From: Acanthaster planci
Taxonomy: Eukaryota
DNA length: 64,000 nt
Assembly (NCBI RefSeq): GCF_001949145.1
Contig: NW_019091361.1
Span: forward strand, 4,088,164-4,152,163
Reading direction: 5' to 3'
The notes under the pieces are model-generated. The model was not told the origin of the DNA. It made no database searches and saw only the letters and a list, made by a program, of their open reading frames with translations. The number at the start of each line of letters is the position of its first letter. The stretch's first letter is position 1. A program made the translations under genes and the position numbers. Of the stretch, positions 54,501 to 64,000 are shown one piece after another.

Positions 54501-57500
54501 TGGTGATCCCAGCTGAACTTGTGTATATATTTGAATACCTTGTCAACGTGCAGTGAAGTTTCAGGAAGTGAACTTTCCAAAAATACTGTTTGTGCATTGT
54601 TACCATCCATCCTTTAAGAGTCATCCGTTTTTCTTTTGCTTTTATGAGGTTTGCAACCATGTAGCAGTTTCATAACAATTCAGCACTGATACCTCATGTT
54701 TTCCACCAGATTGCCACTTCTTTGTTTAACCGAGGAGGGAAGCTGTTTGCCAGGGACGACAAGGGCTGCACCCCACTCCACTATGTGGCCGCCAACCAGA
54801 ATGCTGCTCTCTGCAAGCTCTTTGCTGGTACACGCTCCATACATAGTTTCATTTATCCTTGTAATCTTTGGCCTTGCCGTTTGAAATGAACTCTTAAAGC
54901 TGAGCGTTCCCCTCTTTCACGGTTGGTTCTTCCCTGGTATCCATCCGTGCGTGAATACAGATAGTTGGGCTGGTGCATTTGTCACTGAAGTGCCATCTTC
55001 ACAGCATTTGATGCTTCGGTGAACAATTCATGGAACAGTTAGAATCCCAGTGATTCACTGGTACCCCTGGACACCGGTGATCCCATTTCCTTAAGCTTAA
55101 CTCAGGGTGGATTGTTTTTGCCACATGCCCTGAGGGTCATTAGTTCCACAATGGGTCTTAGCAGGAAGCCACCCATAGTGCTTTGCAGTTTTTGCATTTC
55201 CTTCACAAAAGAAATCTGAAAAGGATCCAATGAGGTGATAGATTTGAGTAGATTCCAGTGAGTAAATAGTGACTAGTTTGATATGCAGGTGTTGAAGGGA
55301 AATCTGTGTTATGTTTTGCTTTGTATTCAAAAGAAGCGTTTTCTTGTTTGTGTTCAGAGAAAGACCCCAATGGGTTCAAGAATTGCCTCAACTGTTCTGA
55401 CCATAGAGGGCGCACTCCTCTAGCAGCCGTCTTCTGGAATCTGAATTTTGATGCGTCCACCAAGGAAGTTATCAGGTTCGTCTGGTTTGGCACAGAATGT
55501 TTGTTCACTTAAACTCGCCATCTGACCTAAGGATGATGAACAACTCATGATTGATTCTTGGTATTTTTAATGTATTTTTGTCCATTGTACAAGTTACCCT
55601 GGGGGTGACAAAATGGCAGATAAAGTAAACCAACAATTGTAATTGTAAATCTGCACAAATGTTTGGTTTATTTCTGGATACTTCAATTTCCAAAGGCAAG
55701 GAAAGAATGACTGATGATTGCTTTTCACTGTTCCCAACCCCAACATCAGACAAAAATGGTGGCGGTTAGTTTCTGTGTTTAACTAAATCATGTGTTTTCT
55801 TTCTTGAATATGGTGCTGTTTTCCAGACTTTTCACCAAATCAGGACCCAGCCTCAACTTCTGCGCTGCGCTGCCCAACGTGGAGTCGGGCTGGCTGAAGC
55901 ATAAGAAGCCGGCCGAGAGTCTTGAGGCCTGGTACCATGGCCACTCGGACCGGTCGGTACCCCGTAGCCCACTTCTCATTCACATGCATGTGGACAACTT
56001 TGAGGCTTGCAAGTTCTTGCTGAAGAACGGAGCCAGCTGCAACTATGCCGACGAGAACCGCCTGACGCCGCTCATGCATGCTGTCAAACTGGTAAGCAGG
56101 GCTGGTCCACCTCGTATCATCACCAAACCTTAACCGGTGTTTTTTTTTTACTTCGCTCTGTGTCATCCTTGCCAGGATAGCCAGTGCTCTTATCTTGTCA
56201 CTGTTAAGAGGTACTATAAGTTTTGAGAGATCCATTAACCACTTCGCACCGGGGGCATTTATAAATGTTGATTCTGCTGGGTCGGGATATTTTTCATTTT
56301 TTTCAGTTTTCAAAATTCCTTAATTAAAAATTCATATCTTCATTTACAAGACGCTTACATCCATACGAAGGATTGTCTGGTGGCTACTCTAATCTGAATG
56401 AAAATATCTATTGACACCGGAGTATTTCAGTCAGGCCTGGAGCCTTGTAAAAAGAGCCCAGATTGTGCGATGTTACGTAATTTTCTTTTGTCCCCGAACC
56501 TGCCACAGTGCGCGACTGACATCTTTTCAGTAGAGCATGATAGTTGACCCCTGATGGCGTGCTTCCGGGACCCTTGGATAGGAAGAATAACATGCAAAGA
56601 TTTTAGAATTTGTAATATTTTTTCGTTCAGTTACTTCTTAAAAAATGCAACCCGGAAAAGGGGCTTTGGAAATATTTGCTAGTATATCGATTTATAGAAA
56701 CTGAAAAATCACCTGACCTAAAAGAGAAATATCCTGCCAAAAATTGACCTGTCACTTCCGAAAATTTAAAATACATGCAGAACAGTGCAATGCGACAGTC
56801 TCATATACAGATGAATATTCACAGTTTGAAATTTTATGGTTGTCCGTCGGTAAAAACAGAAAAAAAAGAACAAAATATTTCACACAGTCTTATAATAAGT
56901 AGTAAACTTAAAGCAATATTCTACTTCAATTACAAAAGATTCTAATCTTTTATCTAACCTTTGCTGACACCAAGTGTGTGATGTCAACTAAACGGAATCT
57001 GGAACCTATTGACTGCAAGGAGGTAAATCTTTGCAACATTGTACAATCTCGTTTTCACGTAAGCACGAGCAGCGAAAACAAACGTGTATGAACATGGAGA
57101 CCTACCGGTAGGTACGATATCGCCGGAAGTGAAAGGTCATTTAGAAAATTTGTGTTTTACTTATCTCGATGTAATTTTCCTAAATATTGCTTGAGGAAGA
57201 CAAAGGTAAAATTCCAACATGAGTGTTGCATGGCCTGGTTTCAGTTAGGAATTATTCGTCCAAAAATTATCGAACGTGATGGGACGGCTCAATGTAAAAT
57301 TCCCATAGGGGGACCGCACGAGGGTTCCGGAAGCTCCCTGCGTGACCTTTTACTCTCCGGCTCTATAGGGGCCAGATTAGCGTGCAGCGGTACTGTGTGG
57401 CTCATCGCTGCAGTGGTGGAGTGCTTTTGTCCTGGTAGTAATCCCCTCGCGCTGAATGCCAAAAACGGTATCAAAACAAGGCAGGATTATCTCCACTATT

Positions 57501-60500
57501 GAGAGTGAAAAAATGTTTGGTAATTCCCAGCAGCCTGGTCTTTTGCTACGAGTAGGGGCTTTTGTTACAGAGCCCAGTTTTCTTTGTCCTATTTCGAAGA
57601 CCCCAGAAGATTATGTGTCCGAAACCGGGCTCCCCGGCAACAAGTGGTTAAATTTGTCTGCAAGGCTTCCGTGACTGTCGGGTCCCAGCAATAGGGTCTG
57701 TTTTTTTCCATGTGACAGCTGCATGTTTGTCTGCAAATGGCAGATATAACTATGGCCAGCCATCAGTACAAGAAGTGACAGAATCCACTTGAGAAATCTC
57801 AAACAGCCATCAAAACATTAAACATGTTCACTCAATACTAGAAAGTACAATCCGTTTTAAAAGTAACAGGGCAACTGTTCATCTTCAAGTAAAATCTGAA
57901 ACCGACTATGCTGCCCATATGCTTGCAAAGCACTTGCGAAGCAACAGTGGGTTAACAGCTGAAGGCGCAGGCAGTCTGTGATTCTCAGGACAGATGCTCC
58001 ACTGATGCTTGCCTAGCAGGGGAATTTGCTGAGCATAATTTTCTGCTTCACAGCCCTCAGAACTTACCCTTTGAGGTCATAAATTTTTAGTTTATCGGTT
58101 TGTAAAAGCAATGTTGTCTTTACTCTTCTCGCTGTTTCAGAATGAAATAGATTTGGTGAAGCTCCTTCTGGACCATGACTTTGACCCCGATGAAGCAAGC
58201 AAGAGAGCCAAACCCAAGGGGCCGGAAACTCTCTCAGCGTGGGCCACCAACATCTGGGAGCAGAAAAGTAATATAGCCGAGCAGCTAAGCATAGAAAAAT
58301 CATTTCTGGGGCATAGGCTGGTGCCCTGCCATTTCATTGAGGGCAGGTGACTATGCAAAAATAGAGTATGATGCACGCATCCACTTTCAATCAGAAATTT
58401 CAAATTGAATCGTGTGGTTTGCAATCTACAAAGAAGAGCTGGTGTCTTCGGGTCAAATTTTTCATGAATATTGATATTAACTACTGGAAAATTAGAAAAT
58501 CAGCAAAATAGGTTCAGAGAATTTTGACTGATTATAAAAACGGGAGGAATTCCTCCCATTTTATAGTCTGGTCTAGAGACCAGACTATACTCAGGCATAA
58601 ACAAGCCATCAGCCAAAATGCCATGAGTATGGTCTCTGACTGTTTCTCAGCTGAGTGTTGCTTTGCGCGCACACTTACTGAAGGAGTGCACTCTGGTCCA
58701 TTAAACTGAGCGTCTTGATTTGGAAAGGAAAGATACTCCACTTCTCCAAAGATCAAACCCAACGAACCAAAATACCAGCTTAGTTTGTACCGTGTTTGTT
58801 GAGTTTTTGTGTGTGTGTGTGTGTGTGGTATTGCCTGAATTCTGGACTTTTCCCAAATAGCGTGGCTGTCCCAATTGCTGGCCGTGTCAATTTGTACACA
58901 GCACATTGGCACTAATGACGTGTATTACAACCTTTTCTAGTGCCCGTGGAGTATCAGGCAGAAACTTCACAACCAGCATACATGCTAGCTCTAGCATCTG
59001 CAACAGAGGGTTGTATTTAATCGTAGAACCTGAAATACATACTGAATTGGTCGTTGGTAAGGACCCCTGAGTTTAAAAATGTGAAATACTGTGAGGCGTA
59101 TGATATTCCGTCATCACTTTCTGTCATCGCTCATCAGTGCAATCAGATCCTGAGGAATGGTTTCAGCCTTGCCTTGTTCTGCCATATCTCCTCACAGAGT
59201 CGAGTCTCACCCAGAAAGAAGAGACAGGAGGCATCGAGACAGAAGATTATGATCCTGTCCAAGATGAGGACGAGGAAGATGAAGAAAATCCCGAAGATGA
59301 AGACGAAGACCCTGAGGAAGTCAAAGTCAGTCTTTTCCCGGGGAAAGTTAAGAAGCCGAATTCGTTGTCTAGAGGTAGGTCTAGGTCCTTGTGCCATTAG
59401 AAATGTGCGGAGATGCACTGACATTAGACATAGCCGTAGCTCTTAAGTAACTGCTGTTAACCCCCCAGAGGCTGGTGGACGTAATCCTGAGTTGCTGTTA
59501 ACTTGTGAAGCATTTTTGTTGGCAGTTTTGTAGCAGAGTCTACGCCCAAGTCTGGGCATGGATCCATTCACAAGTTCTGTCACAAGACCACTCGTAGGTA
59601 GCAAGGGGAACAAAGACGAAGAAACACAAGAATCTTTTCAGTGGCCTTGTGACCTGGCTTGAGACTGGAAAATTTGTTGTGGACGTGTGATTGGACGCAT
59701 GATGGACTCAACTACAAGGCAGGGCAGTTATGAAGCAAAGCTTTGTTTAGTGCTTGGGTGGAAAAGTCCATCTATTGAATGTCTCCCTGTTCATGCACAT
59801 TTGTTTTCACTCCCTGTGCTTACGTGAAAACGCGATTGTAAAACATTGCAAAGATTTACCTCCCCGTAGTCGATGGGTTCCACGTTCAGTAAAGGTTAAA
59901 TGGAATATGAGAATCTTTTGTAAAGGTAGATTATTGCTTTAACTTTATCACCTTATAAATGAAAAAGGGTTTGAGATATTTTGATCTATTTTTATTTCGG
60001 CTTTTACTGAGACACTAGTAAGACTATAATAAAATTTCAAAAGGTAAATATGGGACACGTCGTCTTCGGGGTTCAGAGTGTTTGGGTGGTGTTCATTTGC
60101 AATGATAGCATGCTGCTTCCATAAACTTTTCACTGTGCTGCTTGCCGTTCAGCCCAGGAGGCCAAGCCGAAATTCGTCAAGACCAGTGACCTGGACGTGA
60201 ATGCAGCAGACCTGTTGGGCCGCACTGCCATCCACTACGTGGCGAAGGCCTGCACCTACGGCACCTGGGAGAACGTCAAGCTGCTGGAGCTCCTGGCCCA
60301 GCAGGGCGCCCGGACCACGGGCCAGGACAAGCAGGGCAAGACGCCCCTGGACTACGCCCTGGAGACGCGGTCAGGAAGGGTGGCTGATGTCTTGCAGCGA
60401 TTACAGGGAGTGGAAGAAGCCAAATGGGTAAGTATACCCCGCCTTCACCGCCAGCGGAAGATGTTAGCCCCCCATGCCCACACCCCCACCCCAAAAAATT

Positions 60501-63500
60501 CCCCTATTCTCCTGATCAAGATCACCCAAAATTTCAAAGGGGGGCCGTCCATAAAGGATGGGGAGATTGGCATCTTGCATTGAATTGTAAGTGTGTGTTA
60601 GAGGAGGGGGCAGGTCAGAATTGCTGCATAAGTTTACAAGTGGTGGGGGGGTCAAACGACTCAGTGTTTGATATGTAAGCACCTTATGGTTGGTCCGAAA
60701 ATCTACGCCAAATTGGTAAGTACAAATCAACTGACCAGGGGTGCCAAAACTGATGGACACCAGTCTATCGATTTTTGGAGATGCATCTTGAAATCGGTCA
60801 AGGAGGCAATTCCAAGGAGAGTTGTTTTTGTAACGGACGTGCACAGTAAGCCTTTTGCAACTTAAATTTGAAAAGAATGTGGTACACTGAATTCTCTGTA
60901 CTAAAGACACTGTTGCTATACCTTGTGATTCATGGCAAGGTTTTGCTTAGTTTCATAAAAGACGCCTTGCACCAACACACTGTATCCAATGGATAAGAAG
61001 GATACAAAGGAACCTGTCTATTCCAGAGAAGGTGGTCACTGTGCGAAAGCTTGCCTCAAATCACGAGGTGTAGCAACAATGTCTATAGTCTGGGGAATAC
61101 AACTTTTTATATTGATGTGCAATCAGAGAACACAGTGTATCAGATTTTATTCAAATTTAACTCGCAAAAGGCTTATTAGATATATGCATTCTGTATGGTA
61201 AAATCTTTTGTTGAGTCCAGTACGTGCAAATGCACCACAAATTTGCTGCTGGAATCCTTTTTTTCAACCTGTGCCCAAACAAAGATCCTTCTGTCCCTCC
61301 CAGGTCAAGCCCAAGCCCGTGCAGCGTTCCTGGACGGACGGCATCACCTTCCCGTCACCCAAGCCCAACTTCAAAGCTGATGCCGAGGCCATGCTGAAGC
61401 AGCTGGAGGCCGAGTGGGAAACGGACACAGCTGAAGAAACGGAGGAGAAGGTCCCGACGCCGGTCGACGAGGCGTCAGGCATGACAGAAGGAGGGTAGGT
61501 TGGATTTCTCAGCTGATCAGAATTTTTCTTTACTTTTGTTGCATCCGACAAAGTGAAGCTCTAAAGATTTGAATTGCTTTGTTATTCAACCACTTGCGAA
61601 GGATATCATTTCACAACAACCTGGAACCATCAAGTATTATTTTAAGTGAAAAATCAGAAAGTTTGAAATTACGAAATGACGTGACCACTTTTCTGTAAAG
61701 TAAATGGTACACCACAAAACAGTTAACCCCAGAGGACATTTCTACTCGAGTTTTCGTATGTTTTTGCCTGTATTGCTATACACTCTGAGGCAATGCCGCA
61801 AAGTAGTGTTTGCTGCGAAAAAGAAGCTTTGGTCAGGGAACCATGCACAGTCAGCCCCCACAGACTAGTCAGATTCTCTCTATGCCGACAAAGCCATAGT
61901 AAACCCCTGAAGCCAAAGGGCAAATAGAAATCATTTGAAAGTTTGCAACTATCTACGGAACCGTCACAGGAAAATGTTCCACAATTACATGTCCACAAGC
62001 ACAAAGTGTTGAAAGAGTTTTAAATAGCTTGCATGTAAAATAAATGTCATTTGCCTCTTGCTTTAACTTTTGTCATCTGAAAGCTTCCTAAAACCTACAA
62101 AAGCCAACGCTGTGCTGTTAATTGTTGTGTTAGAGCTCAGGCAGTAAAGTCACTGTAAGCAGAGCAGAGGAAAGATTTCCCTTTAACATGCCCTTATCAA
62201 ATACTCCAATCAAATCCTTGAAGAAACCCTAGGGAAATCAAGAATGAAGGTTGGTGGCTACTTAGTAAGTTTTGGTACATGCCTGAGATTCCATTCAGTA
62301 GAGAGCCATCTTGTCTCATTAAGTTAGTTGGCACTGCATGTATCTTATTGGTTTCCTGTGACACAGGGTTGTTCTAACTGATGAAAACCAGGACATTCCG
62401 TACAGCGTGACACTGACTAAAGTGGATGTCAAGTACGGTGTTTATGGCATGAACAACTTCTACGTGATGCAGGTAACGTTTACCAGACTGTTTTACTTGA
62501 CTGGCCTCTCTGCCGTAAAATTGCCAAACACAAGTGTAAGCAGAATGTTTGGTTTTTCCCTTTGGCAACTGAAGTTAATGGAGTTAACGGTTGTTTTTTG
62601 TACATTGCACCTGTCACGTTTTCTTTTCTAGCATAGATGCCCACATTTGTCTTAAATTGAAACACTGGGCATCTGAGTTGCTGAAATATTTAGGTTACCA
62701 CTCCTGGGGGGGGGATTCCTGTCATGAGTGGTGGGCATGGGCATCACTGGGAGGGGGAAGCGCTTGCCCATCCCCGGGGGGGAACAAGAGGAGAAATAAA
62801 AAGGGGAAAAAGAAAAGTAAAAGTGAAGGACGCCAATGAGGAGGAGACAAGGGGTACAAAGTAGCCTATTTGCATGGAAGAAATCGTAATAGGCCCCTTT
62901 CTACCATTAAAGGTTTTTCACTTTGCTGCTGAGGAGTGCTTAGCACCCCTCCCCTGCTCCCTGGCCCAAATCCTGGTGACGCCCACGGCTGTGGATTTTA
63001 CTGAAACCGTTACGAAGAAGTAGTACCAAGTGTGTCCATTTTGTTTCATCCGTTGTGATTTTGAGAATTGAGAATGCGTCACGCTCTCTTCCCCATCCCG
63101 TCACCCCCCCCAGATCATTCACCAGACGGGCAAGGATATGATGCTGCTGTTCACACGATGGGGTCGCATCGGCGATGAGGGACAATTCCAGAAGACCCCT
63201 TTCAACTCCAAGGAGGAGGTGATCAAGGAATTCCAGAAGATCTTCAAGGCCAAGACTGGCAATGACTGGTCCAGCGTCAGAGAGTAAGATGCTACGTGGA
63301 AGTGTTCGGCTTCATGGATGTACCTGAAGTTTCCTCTGCAAATTATTTTTGTTTCTTACCTTTTAGCATTTCTTCTAGACCAGTCTCGTGACTGGTCTTG
63401 TATCTGGTCTTGTGTTTGGTCTTGAGAATAATTTTGTGATGGGCCTAGTGTTTGGTCTTGTGTCTGGTCTTTTAGCTTGTCTTTTGTCTGGTCTTGTGTC

Positions 63501-63749
63501 TGATCTTGTGTCTGGTCTTGTGACTTGTCTTGTGTCTGGTCTGGGAGTTGTCTTTTAATGATCTTAACTGCAACATTACTCCCTGTGTCTATGACCAGTT
63601 TCCACAAGGAGCCCAAGAAATACCAACTGGTGAGAGAAGACCACTGGAGAGCCAAACGGAGGAAGGCCATCAAGGCGTTCACGTTCAACCTTGAGTCCTC
63701 GGTGCCTTCCAAGCTGCCATCAGCAGTGCAGGCAGCCATCAAAGAACTG
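27545..63749 (+). CDS. Large ankyrin-repeat/WGR poly(ADP-ribose) polymerase (tankyrase-like, PME-5/TANK-1 type); 3'-partial, catalytic domain expected beyond the window
   Basis: 40 GT-AG exons with consistent phases, 6243 nt (2081 codons, no internal stop seen): 27545-27610, 28235-28421, 29789-30055, 30499-30804, 31582-31849, 32258-32539, 33308-33392, 34337-34444, 35240-35359, 36065-36145, 37123-37286, 37583-37692, 38127-38212, 38721-38877, 39420-39628, 39946-40167, 41085-41126, 42423-42548, 43023-43178, 43948-44100, 44713-44751, 45324-45399, 46233-46393, 46956-47035, 50052-50161, 50617-50848, 51309-51468, 52225-52301, 53094-53349, 53974-54132, 54710-54827, 55358-55475, 55827-56091, 58141-58267, 59198-59374, 60153-60427, 61304-61494, 62367-62472, 63114-63283, 63599-63749. 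Many ankyrin motifs (TPIHCAA, TPLMLAAQCGH, SPVHYASAYG, TPLHWAAYRG, TPLDYA). WGR domain (NNFYVMQ...LFTRWGRIG...FQKIFKAKTGNDW...KKYQL). PARP-regulatory start SKLPSAVQAAIKEL. In-frame ATG at 27563. Confidence 0.92.
36228..36270. repeat. 13-bp tandem repeat (ccatgaccccttc, ~3 copies)
   Basis: ttccatgaccccttcccatgaccccttcccatcaccccttccc, intronic. Confidence 0.8.
36487..36837. mobile_element. ~350-bp intronic MITE with ~50-bp TIRs and an internal tRNA-like segment
   Basis: Left tagggaaatgactagatattaacccgtgaaacctggtctgctattttt matches the reverse complement of the right end (tagggaagcgacttaatactagcccgtgaaacctggtgcgctactttt). Internal minus-strand tagcttagttggtag...ggttcgaatcc at ~36633-36703. Confidence 0.8.
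41333..41513. mobile_element. Possible TTAA-flanked (piggyBac-type) MITE
   Basis: TTAA-tcccttc...gaagggg-TTAA; short imperfect TIR. Confidence 0.4.
56239..57647. mobile_element. TTAA-flanked (piggyBac-type) non-autonomous element interrupted by the 840-bp MITE
   Basis: TTAA-ccacttcgcaccgggg ... ccccggcaacaagtgg-TTAA; no transposase ORF. Confidence 0.6.
56531..57367. mobile_element. ~840-bp TIR MITE, copy 2
   Basis: Colinear homology to 20565-21409 (e.g. identical tttatagaaactgaaaaatcacctgacctaaaagagaaatatcctgcca); same TIRs. Confidence 0.9.
58808..58827. repeat. (TG)n microsatellite
   Basis: About 10 TG units. Confidence 0.85.
63380..63543. repeat. 12-bp minisatellite (consensus tctggtcttgtg) in the intron near the end of the WGR domain
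   Basis: About 13 imperfect units; they produce the QDQT repeats in the antisense ORF 63356-63742. Confidence 0.9.
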
Positions 63750-64000
63750 GTAAAGAACTCCGGGGAAGAGAACCCCTGCAGAAAGTGTTTCTGATCAGAA
63801 TGAGCTATTTTGGTATTTCAAAGAGGCAAAGACATCTGAGAACGTAACACCAGTTCGAACATGTTCAGTGCATGTTGATTGCTGTATATCGGCCGCGCTG
63901 ATATAGCTGACCATGCACGTATGTGTGGTTTGATACTCCTGAATTGACCTACAATGCCATTTTCCAACTTTTTCAAAATTCCAAACTTGCTTATTGACAA

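Noticed and set aside
20565..57367. Directional CpG loss in the gene-body MITE copy as a methylation footprint
   Set aside because: Comparison by eye shows CpG losses in both copies, so no clear asymmetry.

Overview
Eukaryotic (animal, probably marine invertebrate) genomic DNA with GT-AG spliceosomal introns; no prokaryotic operons, rRNA or CRISPR arrays. Left to right: (1) a decayed, internally deleted Ty3/Gypsy retrotransposon with a C-terminal chromodomain remnant (~2.2-3.7 kb); (2) a CpG-rich foldback repeat family (4.6-6.1 kb and 12.3-13.5 kb) with a nested MITE; (3) two tandem two-exon paralogues of the cyclase/KynB kynurenine formamidase/isatin hydrolase family (7255-8315, 14637-16548), each with a signal peptide and a GPI-anchor-like tail; (4) a very large + strand gene whose 40 hand-traced, phase-consistent exons (27545-63749, 2081 codons, running off the right edge) encode a putative N-terminal beta-rich domain, acidic and Lys/Ala-rich tracts, many ankyrin repeats, a WGR domain and the start of a PARP regulatory domain, i.e. 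an ankyrin-WGR PARP of the C. elegans PME-5/TANK-1 type; (5) several non-autonomous TIR elements, tRNA-derived repeats and minisatellites. Gene models were read by eye from splice signals and protein motifs; no database searches were run.
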